A stretch of DNA of 64,000 nucleotides, taken from contig JBDHKE010000013.1 of assembly GCA_039586555.1 (NCBI GenBank), forward strand, positions 3,781 through 67,780, in the 5' to 3' direction. Below, piece by piece: positions 40,647 through 51,467 of the stretch. The notes under the pieces were generated by a model. It did not search any database, was not told the DNA's origin, and saw nothing but the letters and a program-made list of their open reading frames with translations. Numbering within the stretch: the first letter of the stretch is position 1; the number at the start of each line of letters is the position of its first letter. The position numbers and the translations under genes are program-made. Source of the DNA: Gemmatimonadota bacterium (GTDB lineage: Bacteria; Gemmatimonadota; Gemmatimonadetes; Longimicrobiales; Gaopeijiaceae).

Positions 40647-41582
40647 CTAGCCTCGGCCATGGCTCCGGTTCAAGCCCACGGGGGGACGCGGAGGTGGGAC
40701 GCATTCCAACGTGCGAGTCGTCACGAACTCCGTATCCGGGTAGGCAGCAGCCAACTCCCGCCCGGCTCTCGCCATCTCCGTCTCCTCCTCGAACAGAGCG
40801 AACAAGGCGCTGCCGCTTCCCGAAAGCAGCGCCCGGGTTGCACCCACCTTCAGGAGCGCCGCCCTGAGCTCCGCGAGCTTCCCGTGTCTCGCGAAGACCA
40901 CCGCCTCGAAATCGTTCTCCATCAGCCCCCACAGGGCGGGCCAACGCTCGAAGCTCGACGGATCATGGAGCACGGAGCCCGCGGCGCCGGCCGTGCTGCC
41001 CCGCAAGTCTGCCACCCACTCATAGGCGGAAACGGTGGACACCGGATGAGGGGGCAGGCAGAGAAGGAGTGGGGCACTGGGCAGCGGGCGCAACGGGAGC
41101 AGGCGATCCCCTCGTCCCCAAGCAAGGGCGAGGGAGGACCCGGACGCGAAGAAAGGCACATCCGCTCCGAGACCTCCTGCCAACACCGTCAACTGCCGGG
41201 GTGTGAGCGGCTCTCCCCAGAGGCGGTTCATCGCCCGAAGGGCAGCACCCGCGTCGGAGGAGCCCCCTCCCAGACCGGAACCGGCTGGGATTCGCTTCTC
41301 CAGTCGAATGCGAATCCCGTCTCCCTCGACCCTTTCCATGAACCGCTGTGCAGCCCGAAAGACGAGGTTCTCCGTCGCCGGACCCACGTCGGCACCGGAG
41401 ACCTCCAGCTCGACCCCCGCGCTACCGGGTTCGAGAATCAGGCTGTCCAACAGGTCCACCGCCTGGAAGAGCGTCTCGATCTGATGGTACCCGGAATCTT
41501 CCCGCACGACGATTCGCAGGAAGAGATTGACCTTCCCTGGAGCTTCAATGGTCACCGGACCGGAGACTGGCCGTTCAGTCAT
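40647..41582 (-). CDS. ispE: 4-diphosphocytidyl-2-C-methyl-D-erythritol kinase
   Basis: GHMP-kinase motifs: APGKVNLFLRI..., PAGSGLGGGSSDAGAAL. Confidence 0.85.
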   Translation of the reverse strand: MTERPVSGPVTIEAPGKVNLFLRIVVREDSGYHQIETLFQAVDLLDSLILEPGSAGVELEVSGADVGPATENLVFRAAQRFMERVEGDGIRIRLEKRIPAGSGLGGGSSDAGAALRAMNRLWGEPLTPRQLTVLAGGLGADVPFFASGSSLALAWGRGDRLLPLRPLPSAPLLLCLPPHPVSTVSAYEWVADLRGSTAGAAGSVLHDPSSFERWPALWGLMENDFEAVVFARHGKLAELRAALLKVGATRALLSGSGSALFALFEEETEMARAGRELAAAYPDTEFVTTRTLECVPPPRPPVGLNRSHGRG

Positions 41583-42708
41583 GCGACGCCTCGGTGACCT
41601 GGACCGTTTCGTCCTCCGCCGCCGCCCCGTCGTCGACGGAGGGCGGGACGACCTCCCCGGGCGTGGTCAGTTCCGGGTGGGCCTCCTCTACCGCTTCTTC
41701 CACAAGCTCCTCGCTCACCCTGACCTCCCCGAGGGAGAGCCCGAGCCTCCAGGCATAGTAGAGGCCGATCAAAGTCACCGGAATGAAACCGGCCAGGTGA
41801 TACCCCACCGCGAATGCCAGCGTCGGCCTTCCCGGAACCCCGTACACTTCGGCCAGCCCCACCATCGCACCTGCGTGAAAGACTCCGAAGAATCCGGGAG
41901 AGGAAGGTATCGCCACTGCCAGAGCGATCACTCCTTGAACGAAGATCGCGGCGGGATATCCCACGTGAATGTCGAAGGCCAGGAACCCTAGCCAGAAGGA
42001 GAAGGAATTCCAGGCCCAGAACCCGAGGCTCCAGGCCAGAGCAAGAACCAGTAAACGGGGACGCTGGAGGACCCCCAGGCCGTCCAGGAAAGCCTCCAGA
42101 ACGTCGATGACGAGCCGCGACAGGTTGTCCGGGAGCAGACGGGCTGCCCGCTCCACGAGACGCACTATCTGACGCGGCCAGATCAGGAGAATCACGATTC
42201 CCACCAGCAGCGCCCCTACGGCCGCGATCACCCCTCTCACCGCCAGTGTGAGAGGCTGCCCCACGACCGTGGCACCCTCCGGAAACCCCGGCGACATCAG
42301 CGCCACGAACAGCAGCAGCAAGAGGGACACCGCGTCGAGGAAGCGTTCCACCACCAGGGACGCGAAGGAGGCCGATACCGATATCGACTCCATCCGACTC
42401 AAGGCGTAGGCCCGGGCAAATTCCCCAACCCGCGCAGGGAGCAGGTTGTTGGCCATGAACCCAATGTTCACCGCGGCGAAACGGGACCGGAGACTGGTGC
42501 CAGGCTGGACGGGATGGAGCAGCACCTTCCAGCGGAGGGCGCGAACGAGGAATCCCGAGGTAGTCACGCCTACGGCCGCCAGGAGCAGCCATGGGTCGGC
42601 GTGCGAGATCTCGATGAAGACCCGCCCGAAGTCTTCGCCTCTGAACACCCACCACAGAAGGAAGACGCTGATACCCAGCCCCAGAGCTGTCCGCCAGCCT
42701 CCCCTCAC
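41575..42708 (-). CDS. Lysylphosphatidylglycerol-synthase-like transmembrane-domain protein (UPF0104/flippase-like)
   Basis: About 8 transmembrane helices with the characteristic ...NLLPARVGEFARAY... motif of the UPF0104 / LPG-synthase TM region. Confidence 0.6.
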   Translation of the reverse strand: MRGGWRTALGLGISVFLLWWVFRGEDFGRVFIEISHADPWLLLAAVGVTTSGFLVRALRWKVLLHPVQPGTSLRSRFAAVNIGFMANNLLPARVGEFARAYALSRMESISVSASFASLVVERFLDAVSLLLLLFVALMSPGFPEGATVVGQPLTLAVRGVIAAVGALLVGIVILLIWPRQIVRLVERAARLLPDNLSRLVIDVLEAFLDGLGVLQRPRLLVLALAWSLGFWAWNSFSFWLGFLAFDIHVGYPAAIFVQGVIALAVAIPSSPGFFGVFHAGAMVGLAEVYGVPGRPTLAFAVGYHLAGFIPVTLIGLYYAWRLGLSLGEVRVSEELVEEAVEEAHPELTTPGEVVPPSVDDGAAAEDETVQVTEASHD

Positions 42709-42760
42709 CTCTCTGCTCCCCGGTCGACCGACGGAGCTCCCGGTCTCTGCAGGACGGGAG

Positions 42761-43525
42761 CTAGAAGCCGATGGGTGGAATCCATCCCTCCTCCCTCATG
42801 AGCCCAGGCGCTCGCTGAACCAGGTCCACCATCTCGCGAACCGCTCGCTCAATGCCTACGAACACCGCGCGAGCGAGGATGGAATGACCGATGTTGAGCT
42901 CCTCGATCTCCCGGATGGCAGCCACCGGCACCACGTTCTCGTAGGTGAGTCCGTGCCCCGCGTGGACGGCGAGTCCCAATCCCCGCGCTCGCCGGGCCGC
43001 CTCAACCAGCCTCTCCATCTGCGTCCAGCGACCCTCACCCTCGGCGTTCGCGTACTCCCCCGTGTGAAGCTCGACGGCCTGGGCGCGAAGCTGTGCGCTG
43101 GCTTCAACCGAACTCGGATCGGGATCAATGAACAGCGAGGTGCGGACACCCGCCGCGCCAAGGCGGTTCAGCGCATCCCCGACGGATCGCCGCGTGCCTT
43201 CCGCCCCGAGATCGAGACCACCTTCGGTGGTGATCTCCTCTCTCCGTTCGGGCACCAGGGTCGCCTGCATCGGCTTCCAGCTGCACGCCAGCTCCAGGAT
43301 CTCCGCCGAGGCGGCCAACTCGAGGTTCACACCCGTCCGAGCGGTCTGCATCAGGAGTCGCACATCCCGGTCCTGGATGTGCCGCCGGTCTTCCCGGAGA
43401 TGGACCGTGATTCCGTGGGCTCCCCCAAGCTCCGCCAGAACGGCAGCGCGAACCGGGTCAGGCTCATCCGTGCCCCGGGCCTCTCGCACCGTGGCAACGT
43501 GGTCGATGTTTACGTAGAGTCTCAT
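42761..43525 (-). CDS. pdxJ: Pyridoxine 5'-phosphate synthase
   Basis: [19 protein letters not shown]...HLREDRRHI...GHGL... The track ORF (to 44113) is a spurious 5' extension; the ATG at 43525 is the start. Confidence 0.88.
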   Translation of the reverse strand: MRLYVNIDHVATVREARGTDEPDPVRAAVLAELGGAHGITVHLREDRRHIQDRDVRLLMQTARTGVNLELAASAEILELACSWKPMQATLVPERREEITTEGGLDLGAEGTRRSVGDALNRLGAAGVRTSLFIDPDPSSVEASAQLRAQAVELHTGEYANAEGEGRWTQMERLVEAARRARGLGLAVHAGHGLTYENVVPVAAIREIEELNIGHSILARAVFVGIERAVREMVDLVQRAPGLMREEGWIPPIGF

Positions 43526-43530
43526 GGTCG

Positions 43531-44385
43531 TCAGGACAGAAGCGAAATCAGCTCCTCGGTCGTATCCGCGTCCAGGTTCGTGGCCAGGTCCACCAACTGC
43601 TTCGCGAGAGCCGCGTAGAGCTCCCGGTCCTCCGGCTCCAGTACCCGCAGGTGCAGCCGAATCGTCTCCAGATCCCCTCGCATGACCGGACCGGTAAGGG
43701 CTCGCTCCGGTCCGAACTCCTCCAGGTTGTCCAATGTCCCCCGTGCAAGCGACACGAGGGCCTTCAATGCGTCCTCCGAAGAAACGCCGGTCCGCGCGAG
43801 AGCACGAGCGGCGACGGCGATGAGGGCGAGAAGGTGGTTCGACGCCATTACCGCAGACGCATGATACAGAGGCCGCTGGACGGAGGGAATCGTCAAGGCC
43901 CGGCCCCTGATGAGAGCCATGAGCCGCCGGGCTACGGCTACGGCCTGGGTCTCGCCCGCCACTGCGAAGTAGGACCCCGGCAGGTGCTCCGCGCCCCGGA
44001 TGGGATGAGCGATGGATTGCAGTGGGTGCACCATGCCCACGGCATACCCTTGGTCGTGCAGCGGATGAAGCGGATCGGTGGTCAGAGCACCCGACATATG
44101 GAACGCAGCACATCCTGGCGGAGCTTCTCCCTGTGAGGCTAACGTGCGCGCTAGCTCTCCCACCGAATCGTCCGGAACGGACAGGAAGACCGCCGTGGTG
44201 TGGTCCGCTGGTCGCTTGAGGCCATACACGTAGTCGGCGGCGCCCTGAATGAATAGAGGGTGGGAGGGAGGCTCAGGCCTGCGACCGCAGTACGTCACCG
44301 AAGACACGGCACCCGTCTGCGAGAAGGCGTATCCAAGGGCCAGGCCGGCTCGCCCCGGGCCTACGAAGAAGAGATTCTCGGTCAC
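43531..44385 (-). CDS. Rossmann-fold oxidoreductase, DUF2520-like (prephenate/ketopantoate-reductase-like)
   Basis: N-terminal [15 protein letters not shown] dinucleotide-binding motif and a C-terminal helical domain. Confidence 0.55.
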   Translation of the reverse strand: MTENLFFVGPGRAGLALGYAFSQTGAVSSVTYCGRRPEPPSHPLFIQGAADYVYGLKRPADHTTAVFLSVPDDSVGELARTLASQGEAPPGCAAFHMSGALTTDPLHPLHDQGYAVGMVHPLQSIAHPIRGAEHLPGSYFAVAGETQAVAVARRLMALIRGRALTIPSVQRPLYHASAVMASNHLLALIAVAARALARTGVSSEDALKALVSLARGTLDNLEEFGPERALTGPVMRGDLETIRLHLRVLEPEDRELYAALAKQLVDLATNLDADTTEELISLLS

Positions 44386-45653
44386 ACGACTCTTGCGGTG
44401 TGAGGAGCGATCTCGACGTCTGCCCGTCCCCGCAGACGGCCGAGGAGGGCATCGGGTACCCGAGCGCGGACCTCGATCCTGCCGTTCTTCTCCCGGCGCC
44501 AGAGCACCTCACCCTCCCGGTAGAGGGCGGCGAGGCTCCGCCCATCCTCGGACGGGATCAGAATGCGGACGACGGGCATGGACGATCGGATCCGGGCTTT
44601 CAGCGACTCTCGAAGGCCCTCCAGCGAGGCGTCATCATGTGCGGACACGAAGACCGAGGCGTGGGGCTCTCGTGCCCGGATCCGGTCCCGGACGACCTCT
44701 TCTTCGAGGTGCGTCATGCGGTCGATCTTGTTGAACACCAGGATCCGGGGCTGCTCGATCAGGTCGAGCTCTTCCAGCACTCCCTCCACGATCGCCTTGC
44801 GCTCCTCCCAACCGGGCTCCGAGGCGTCGATGACGTGAAGCAGGAGATCGGCCTCACGAGCCTCTTCCAGGGTCGAGCGGAACGACGCGATGAGATGGTG
44901 CGGAAGCTTTCGGATGAACCCGACGGTGTCGGTGACGAGCGCGGTGTGTCCCGATCCCACGTCGACGGTGCGAGTGGCAGAGTCAAGGGTGGCGAAGAGG
45001 CGGTCCTCGACGAAGAGATCCGCACCAGACAGGGCCTTGAGAAGCGAGGACTTCCCCGCGTTGGTGTAACCCACCAGCGCGGTCCGGTACGCGCCACGGC
45101 GGGCTCTTCGCTGCACCGCCCTCGCCCGGGCCACGTGCTGGAGCTTCCGCTTGAGGTCCGCGATGCGGGTGCCGATGAGGCGCCGGTCGGTCTCCAGCTG
45201 CGTCTCCCCGGGCCCCCTGAGGCCGATGCCGCCCCGGATGCGTGAAAGATGTCGCCACATCCGCGTGAGGCGCGGCAGAAGGTACTCCAGCTGGGCCAAC
45301 TCCACCTGCATCTTGGCTTCCCGCGTCCTCGCTCTGGACACGAAGATGTCGAGGATGAGCTCGGGTCGATCCATAACGCGCACTTTGAGCGCCGTCTCCA
45401 GGTTCTTCCCCTGTGCAGGTGACAGCTCCTCATCGAAGATGACCAGGTCCGCGCCGGTGCTTCGGACCAGGGATTCGAGCTCTTGTGCTTTCCCTTCACC
45501 GATGTAGAGGCGCGGGTGGGGTGCGTCGATCCTCTGGGTAACGACCCCAACCACCTCGCCCCCAGCGGTGTGGGTCAGGCGGGTAAGCTCCTCCAGGTGC
45601 TCCCGCGTCGTGGTCGGTGCCTCGTCCCTCCTGGGAGCGCCCACCAGCACCAC
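44382..45653 (-). CDS. hflX: GTPase HflX
   Basis: HflX N-domain followed by a G-domain (GYTNAGKSSLLKALSG, DTVGF, NKID). Confidence 0.88.
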   Translation of the reverse strand: MVLVGAPRRDEAPTTTREHLEELTRLTHTAGGEVVGVVTQRIDAPHPRLYIGEGKAQELESLVRSTGADLVIFDEELSPAQGKNLETALKVRVMDRPELILDIFVSRARTREAKMQVELAQLEYLLPRLTRMWRHLSRIRGGIGLRGPGETQLETDRRLIGTRIADLKRKLQHVARARAVQRRARRGAYRTALVGYTNAGKSSLLKALSGADLFVEDRLFATLDSATRTVDVGSGHTALVTDTVGFIRKLPHHLIASFRSTLEEAREADLLLHVIDASEPGWEERKAIVEGVLEELDLIEQPRILVFNKIDRMTHLEEEVVRDRIRAREPHASVFVSAHDDASLEGLRESLKARIRSSMPVVRILIPSEDGRSLAALYREGEVLWRREKNGRIEVRARVPDALLGRLRGRADVEIAPHTARVV

Positions 45654-45731
45654 GCGCTCGACGGGAGTGCGGTTGTCAATGAGTCGGGTGGGAATGAGTG
45701 GCCTCTTCCGATCGCGGGTCGACGTCTCAGG

Positions 45732-46208
45732 CTACGGTTGCAGGCGGTCTCTGGACTCGAAGGGTACCTGGAACGACCCGAGGGGACCGCGCACTTGTAC
45801 GGCTCCTCGAAGACGATACCGGACCTCCCCCTCCTGGAGGAGCGCCACCAGCGCCGTGCCCAGGGCCCGATACTGGAAGGGCACGGTCAGCGAGACCTGG
45901 GCCGAGTCCCGAGCCGCCACCGAGACCCGTTCGCTGGTGGAGTCAGCCGCCAGCTCCGCCCAGGCCTCCTCTTCCACGGACCTCTCGACGTCCAGTCGGT
46001 ACACGAGCTTCTGCACCTGAAGCTGGTAGCGATTGGGGTTGAAAACCTTGAGCCCCACCTCCGCCGTTCCGGCGGTGAGACCCAGGGAGGTGACCCGGAC
46101 CCCGATTACCCGGATCGATGGATTCTCGAAGAACAGGCTGCACGCAGCGGTCAGCAGAATGACCGGAGTGCCCAGGCCCAACCCGGCCCAACGCTGAATC
46201 GAATTCAC
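45732..46208 (-). CDS. LEA_2/WHy-domain lipoprotein
   Basis: Lipobox LLTAAC, then a ~120-aa beta-sandwich pattern typical of LEA14/NDR1-HIN1-like proteins. Confidence 0.55.
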   Translation of the reverse strand: MNSIQRWAGLGLGTPVILLTAACSLFFENPSIRVIGVRVTSLGLTAGTAEVGLKVFNPNRYQLQVQKLVYRLDVERSVEEEAWAELAADSTSERVSVAARDSAQVSLTVPFQYRALGTALVALLQEGEVRYRLRGAVQVRGPLGSFQVPFESRDRLQP

Positions 46209-47680
46209 TCTGAAGCGTCTCCTCTGGATGGCTCTTGTACCCCCCAGCCACTGGATCGTTTTCCACCGACAGGCGTCTCTCCGGAGCGCATTGTGGGCCC
46301 GGGGTCACCGGACTCAGCCCGGGCCCTGGCCTCCTCTCGCCTCTTCTCCCACCACTCCAGCCGCTTGGCGATGGTGCCCTCGTGACCGAACCGCCCTGGA
46401 ATGTAGAAACGCGATGCCACAAGGCGTTCGGGAAGATAGGTTTGGGGTGCGACCCCGTCGACTTCGTCGGGATCGTATCGGTACCCCTCGCCGTATCCCA
46501 GCTCCTTCATGAGATCCGTGGGCGCGTTCCGGATGTGCAGCGGCACCGGCTCGGAGGTCGTGTCCCGGGCGGCCGCATATGCCGAGTGCCAAGCCGCATA
46601 GAGGTGATTCGACTTGGCAGCCGTAGCCAGGTAGACCGCCGCCTCCGCCAGCGCGAGCTCGCCCTCTGGGCTTCCGAGGAAATGGAAGGCGTCTCGAGCA
46701 GCCACAGCGATCTGGAGCGCGGCGGGGTCTGCCAAGCCGATGTCCTCGGACGCCATTCGTACGAGCCGCCGAGCGATGTAGAGCGGATCTTCGCCCCCGA
46801 TCACCATCCTGGCCAGCCAGTAGAGCGCCCCGTCGGGATCACTGCCGCGAACGGCTTTGTGCAGGGCCGAGATGAGGTTGTAGTGTTCCTCCCCCGACTT
46901 GTCGTACACGGCGAAGCGAAGCTGAACCGCCTCGCGCACCACCACCTCGTCGATCCGTCCACCCCGGCCCGCGAGCCGGCTCGCTCCCTCCAGAACCCCG
47001 AGAGCGCGGCGCGCGTCGCCGTCTGCCGAGCGAGCGATGAGCTCGAGCGATCCCGGCTGCGGAACGAGGTTCAGACCCCCTAGTCCGCGTGCCGGATCCT
47101 GGAGGGCCCGAACCAGGATCCGTGAGAGCGCCTGCTCGTCAAGCGGCTCCAGCACAAAGACCGGGGCCCTGGACAGCAGCGGCCGAATGACCTCGAAGCT
47201 GGGGTTCTCGGTCGTCGCGCCGATCAGAACCACCGTGCCCTCCTCCACGTGGGGAAGGAAGGCGTCTTGCTGGGCTTTGTTGAAGCGATGGATCTCGTCG
47301 CAAAAGAGAATGGTCCGGCGGCTTGACGCCCTCAGACGTTCTCGGGCCCCGGAGATGATCTGACGCACCCTCGAAATCCCTTCCGTCACCGCGCTGAAGG
47401 CCACGAGGGCCGCGTCCGTGCGCTCGGCCATGAGCCTGGCGAGGGTAGTCTTCCCGCTCCCGGGCGGACCCCACAGGATCATGCTGGACAGCTCGCCCCG
47501 TTCAATCATGGACCTGAGCGCCTTCTCGGGCCCGAGCAGATGTCCCTGCCCCTCGAACTCCTCCAGAGCACGAGGTCGCATACGGGCCGCCAGAGGAGCC
47601 TCGCTCGAGTGGGTGCGACCCTGGAGCTCCTCGGGAGAGGTAGATCGGCCCTCATCGGGGAACAGCTCGAACTCGGTCAC
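46205..47680 (-). CDS. rarA: Replication-associated recombination protein RarA (MgsA)
   Basis: ...[22 protein letters not shown]...[14 protein letters not shown]... plus the C-terminal MgsA helical domain. Likely start is the GTG at 47680, upstream of the conserved LAARMRP segment. Confidence 0.85.
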   Translation of the reverse strand: MTEFELFPDEGRSTSPEELQGRTHSSEAPLAARMRPRALEEFEGQGHLLGPEKALRSMIERGELSSMILWGPPGSGKTTLARLMAERTDAALVAFSAVTEGISRVRQIISGARERLRASSRRTILFCDEIHRFNKAQQDAFLPHVEEGTVVLIGATTENPSFEVIRPLLSRAPVFVLEPLDEQALSRILVRALQDPARGLGGLNLVPQPGSLELIARSADGDARRALGVLEGASRLAGRGGRIDEVVVREAVQLRFAVYDKSGEEHYNLISALHKAVRGSDPDGALYWLARMVIGGEDPLYIARRLVRMASEDIGLADPAALQIAVAARDAFHFLGSPEGELALAEAAVYLATAAKSNHLYAAWHSAYAAARDTTSEPVPLHIRNAPTDLMKELGYGEGYRYDPDEVDGVAPQTYLPERLVASRFYIPGRFGHEGTIAKRLEWWEKRREEARARAESGDPGPTMRSGETPVGGKRSSGWGVQEPSRGDASE

Positions 47681-48911
47681 GGATCGCTCGCTTCCTCGCC
47701 AGGTCCCTGACGGTGAGAGGAGGCCTGCGACGGAGCTCGTCCCGAACGGTGCGGCAGTGGAGAAGCACCTCCACGGGATCCGACGGCGCCCGAGCCGCAT
47801 CCGCCCGGTGCGAGGCGATCCGAAGCCGCAGGATGTCTGGAACCGAGTCCCGGCCCACGCGGCCGAGCCAGCGGCGCAGGGCCGGTCCCCTTGTGATTAC
47901 GCCCGGAGAGTCCACGCTCCAGCGAACGAGGTGAACCACCTCACCAGTGTCCACGTTCGAGAAGCGAAGGCGTTCCATCAGGCGTTTCGCGATCTCGGAT
48001 CCCGCTCTTCCACGACTCTTTGCCTCGCCCTCCGGTGCCCCCCCCGCTCGATCAACCGTCCAGACAAGACCGGCCAGAACCGCGGCCAGCCGGAGCAGCG
48101 GACGAGCGGCGGAAAGGGCATCCGCGGTAAGGAGTCCATGGGTCCAGACGTCACCAGGACCCAGATCGGCCCTGGGCAGGGCCACTGTTGGCTCCAGCTC
48201 CGGATAAAGCACACCCAGAACGCCGGAAATGGCGTAGAGCCCCAGGGTCGCCGACGGGCGCTCCGGGACCGCCAGCGCCTTCATCAACTCCTCTCTCACT
48301 CGTTCCGGAGAGAGCTTTGTCAGACGGTCGTGACCCTCGCAGAGGGCGACCCAGGCGTCGCCATCGATCTCCAGTCCGAACTGGCCGGCAAATCGGAGGG
48401 CCCTGAGGATACGGAGGTAGTCCTCGGCGAACCGGCGGGTCGGGGGCCCCACCGTGCGCAGGACGCCTCGTTGGAGATCCTCCACCCCTCCGAAGGGATC
48501 CCACAGCTCTCCTCGCAGGGGATGCCAGGCGATCGCGTTGATGGTGAAGTCTCTGCGGGAGAGGTCCTCGTCCAGGGTGGACGCGAACTCCACGACGGCG
48601 TGCCGCCCGAACGTCTGCACGTCCTTTCGGAACGTCGTGACCTCGTAGAGCGTCCCGTCTCGCCCCAGAACACCCACGGTTCCGTGGTCAATCCCGATGG
48701 GGACCGTCTTACGGAATAAGCTCCGCACCTGCCTCGGATGGGCCTGAGTGGCCAGGTCCCAATCCCCTGTGGGGTTTCCGAGGATCGCGTCCCGCACCGC
48801 TCCTCCCACCGCCCATGTCTCGTGGCCGGCTTCCTCGAGGGTGCGAGCAATCCAGCGGACTGCGAGCGGAGCCGCCAGCTCCACGGACGATCCCGAATGG
48901 CTTCCGGACAT
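47652..48911 (-). CDS. cca: tRNA nucleotidyltransferase (CCA-adding enzyme / poly(A) polymerase family)
   Basis: Pol-beta nucleotidyltransferase head (GGAVRDAILGNPTGDWDLAT...RDFTINAIAW) and a tRNA-NT C-terminal region. Start is the internal Met at 48911, overlapping the upstream stop as TGATG. Confidence 0.8.
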   Translation of the reverse strand: MSGSHSGSSVELAAPLAVRWIARTLEEAGHETWAVGGAVRDAILGNPTGDWDLATQAHPRQVRSLFRKTVPIGIDHGTVGVLGRDGTLYEVTTFRKDVQTFGRHAVVEFASTLDEDLSRRDFTINAIAWHPLRGELWDPFGGVEDLQRGVLRTVGPPTRRFAEDYLRILRALRFAGQFGLEIDGDAWVALCEGHDRLTKLSPERVREELMKALAVPERPSATLGLYAISGVLGVLYPELEPTVALPRADLGPGDVWTHGLLTADALSAARPLLRLAAVLAGLVWTVDRAGGAPEGEAKSRGRAGSEIAKRLMERLRFSNVDTGEVVHLVRWSVDSPGVITRGPALRRWLGRVGRDSVPDILRLRIASHRADAARAPSDPVEVLLHCRTVRDELRRRPPLTVRDLARKRAIRDRVRAVPR

Positions 48912-49675
48912 CACCCCACCAGCACCGCCCCACCGTTGACGTTGAGGATCTCTCCCGTGATGTGGCGAGCCAGAGGAGAGCACAGGAATACGATGGGCCC
49001 CGCCACGTCCCGGGCACTGGCGATCCGACCCAGAGGAATGCTGGCGACGATGCGCTCCCGACCACCATCCGGAAAGGCGGGCTCTGCCATTTCGGTGTCG
49101 ATCCACCCGGGTGCCACTGCGTTCACGGTGATGCCTCTGGGCGCCAGCTCCACACAGATCCCCTTCACCATAGAGATCAGGGCTCCTTTCGCCGCGGCAT
49201 AGTCGGCGTGGAACGCCTCTCCCCGCTGTCCTGCCGTGGAGCTGACCAGGACGACAGCGCCACCCGGTCGCATGCGCCTCGCGGCAGCGCGGGTCGTGTA
49301 GAAGACGGAATCCAGATTCGTCGCCAGGGTCCGCCTCCAGCGGACCCCTGTCATTTCGGAGATCGGGACGTCCTCCGGCGGCCAGATTCCAGCGTTCCCC
49401 ACAAAGATGTCCAGACTCACGAACTCCGCGTCAGCCCGTTGAAACAAGCGCTCCACGTCCTCCGGACGGGAGAGGTCACCTTGCTCCGACCAGGCGTTGG
49501 CTCCACTGGCTTTCAACTCCGACACCAGACTGTGGGCCTCGGCTTCCCGTGTATGGAATCCGATTCCCACGGACGCCCCGGCCTGTGCCAGCAGGACCGC
49601 CGTGGCGCGGCCGACACCACGGGAGCCCCCCGTGACCACCGCGCTCTTTCCGTGCAGATCGATCAGCCCTGCCAT
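48911..49675 (-). CDS. SDR-family oxidoreductase (FabG-like)
   Basis: TGGSRGVGRA, NAG, and Y-x3-K (YAAAKGA). Confidence 0.85.
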   Translation of the reverse strand: MAGLIDLHGKSAVVTGGSRGVGRATAVLLAQAGASVGIGFHTREAEAHSLVSELKASGANAWSEQGDLSRPEDVERLFQRADAEFVSLDIFVGNAGIWPPEDVPISEMTGVRWRRTLATNLDSVFYTTRAAARRMRPGGAVVLVSSTAGQRGEAFHADYAAAKGALISMVKGICVELAPRGITVNAVAPGWIDTEMAEPAFPDGGRERIVASIPLGRIASARDVAGPIVFLCSPLARHITGEILNVNGGAVLVG

Positions 49676-49709
49676 GAAGATGCCGCTCCCCTCCGCTCCT
49701 CACCTGGGT

Positions 49710-50327
49710 TCAGATCGGTTCCCTTATCTCTTGGAATGGCTCACCCGACCCTCTGTCCGCGAAGGCGCTCTCCACCAGATCGCAGACCACATGGCCAACA
49801 GCCAGGTGGAGCTCCTGGGCCCGTGCCGTGTCGTCCGTGGGTATCACTAGAGCACGGTCTACCTGGTTCTTGAGCCGCCCACCACCCCGTGCAAGCAGAG
49901 CGATCGTGCGGACCCCCGCCCTACGGGCCGCCTCCGCGGCCTCCAACAGGTTCTCTGATTCGCCACTCGTGGAGTGAATGAACAGAAGGTCTCCGCGCCT
50001 GCAGAGTGCCTCGATCTGACGTGCGAAGACCCACTCGAATCCGAGGTCGTTGGCACCAGCCGTGAGGATGGAAGTGTCCGTGGTGAGTGCCACAGCGGGA
50101 AGGGGGCGACGGACTCGGGCGAAGCGGACCACGTACTCGGCTGCCAGATGCTGGGCATCCGCGGCGGACCCACCGTTTCCACAGAAGTAGACCCGGCCAC
50201 CGTCCAGGAATGTCCGCTCGACGACACCAGCGATGCTCTCGACCTCCTCCGCCAACTGGGAGGCCACTCGGTCCACCAGTGAGGCCAGCTCACGGAACTG
50301 GGCCTCGACGCTTCGGTCGTCGCTCAC
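49710..50327 (-). CDS. gmhA: SIS-domain D-sedoheptulose-7-phosphate isomerase (GmhA/DiaA-like)
   Basis: ...RVYFCGNGGSAADAQHLAAE...FIHSTSGES... phosphoheptose isomerase motifs. Confidence 0.78.
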   Translation of the reverse strand: MSDDRSVEAQFRELASLVDRVASQLAEEVESIAGVVERTFLDGGRVYFCGNGGSAADAQHLAAEYVVRFARVRRPLPAVALTTDTSILTAGANDLGFEWVFARQIEALCRRGDLLFIHSTSGESENLLEAAEAARRAGVRTIALLARGGGRLKNQVDRALVIPTDDTARAQELHLAVGHVVCDLVESAFADRGSGEPFQEIREPI

Positions 50328-50349
50328 GGCATTCCTCCAGAGCGTGGCG

Positions 50350-51177
50350 TCAGGGGCTTCCCCGCTGCAGGGCGACCCGAACCTTCTTCCAGAAGCCGGT
50401 TCGCGCAGCCAGAGGAGGAATGGGCAATGGCAGTTCGCCGTCGACGAGGCGCAAGGGGTTCTCCTGGCTCAAAAGCCGCCACTGCTCCTCCCCTCCTGCC
50501 TCGAGCAGGAACATCCTGGCATCTTCGATGAGCAGATCCAGCTGGGCGCGACCGTGGAAGTCGGTGCACAGGTAGTCCGCCCATCCCCTTTCGAGGAGTC
50601 GCAGCGCAGCGTCTCTCGCGGCGGGGCCGAAGCGTCCGACAAGGGATCCGTAGTTGATCTGAAGGAACGCTCCCTCCCGCCGCCAGGACTCTGCCAGCTC
50701 CAGAGCTTTCCCGATTCCTGGGTACCGTTCCGGGTGAGCGACGACCGGATAGAGACCGGCCGACCGAATCCGCGAGATTGTACCTTCACTCCCCGTTGGA
50801 ATGCGCCGAAGCGGCCATTCCACGAGAGCAAACGAACCCTCACCCAGGTGGAGTCGTGGATCCGTCAAGTCCGCGTCAGGGACATCCAAGAGAATCTCGT
50901 GACCCCTCCGGAATTCAACATGGGGATCCGCTTCCTCCACGGCAGCGGACACCCGCGCCCAGGCCTCGTCCATGATCTCCATTCGACCGGCGAATGACGC
51001 AGGATCGCGAATCACCGAGGCCGCGAGGTGCGGAGTCGTGATGATTCTCGAGATCCCGGCGTTCACCATGCGATCGACCGCCCGGAGCGAGTCCTCCAGA
51101 TCACGAGCGCCGTCGTCAACCCCCGGCACCAGATGGCTGTGGAAATCGCCCAGCCCAGGCTTTTCTTCTTCCGTCAC
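50350..51177 (-). CDS. PHP-domain protein-tyrosine phosphatase (CpsB/YwqE-like)
   Basis: DFHSHLVPGVDDGA...TPH...HPERY metal-binding histidines of CpsB-type phosphatases. The probable start is the GTG at about 51177; the track's ATG (51210) overlaps the upstream small ORF. Confidence 0.68.
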   Translation of the reverse strand: MTEEEKPGLGDFHSHLVPGVDDGARDLEDSLRAVDRMVNAGISRIITTPHLAASVIRDPASFAGRMEIMDEAWARVSAAVEEADPHVEFRRGHEILLDVPDADLTDPRLHLGEGSFALVEWPLRRIPTGSEGTISRIRSAGLYPVVAHPERYPGIGKALELAESWRREGAFLQINYGSLVGRFGPAARDAALRLLERGWADYLCTDFHGRAQLDLLIEDARMFLLEAGGEEQWRLLSQENPLRLVDGELPLPIPPLAARTGFWKKVRVALQRGSP

Positions 51178-51467
51178 CCGGTACTCCCGGCTACCCGCTC
51201 CAGGATCCAACTCAAGCGGTTTTCCACGCGCTCGCCGTCCGCAGCCGCCTCGCAGGCGTAGGTGATCAGCGCATCAGCAGCAAGAAGGTGGAAGGCGGCT
51301 TCTCGGTTCCGTCCGGGCAGTCGGACGGCTCGCTGAAGCGCCGCGACCCCCGCAGAAGTCAGCGCCGGGACGAGATCTGGGCTCCCTTCATCGGTGAAGG
51401 AGATCCACCGCCGCAGAACGTCCGGTACGGTAGGAAGTCGCTTGTCAAGCCACTCCCGCGTACTCAC
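51174..51467 (-). CDS. Hypothetical small protein (97 aa) translationally coupled between alaS and the CpsB-like gene
   Basis: Its ATG overlaps the alaS stop (ATGA) and its stop overlaps the downstream start. No recognisable family. Confidence 0.3.
   Translation of the reverse strand: MSTREWLDKRLPTVPDVLRRWISFTDEGSPDLVPALTSAGVAALQRAVRLPGRNREAAFHLLAADALITYACEAAADGERVENRLSWILERVAGSTG

Noticed and set aside
42761-44113. 450-aa ORF-track extension of pdxJ
   Set aside because: The upstream ~196 residues are Arg/Gly/Pro-rich and overlap the DUF2520 gene. PdxJ homology begins at the ATG at 43525 ([18 protein letters not shown]).
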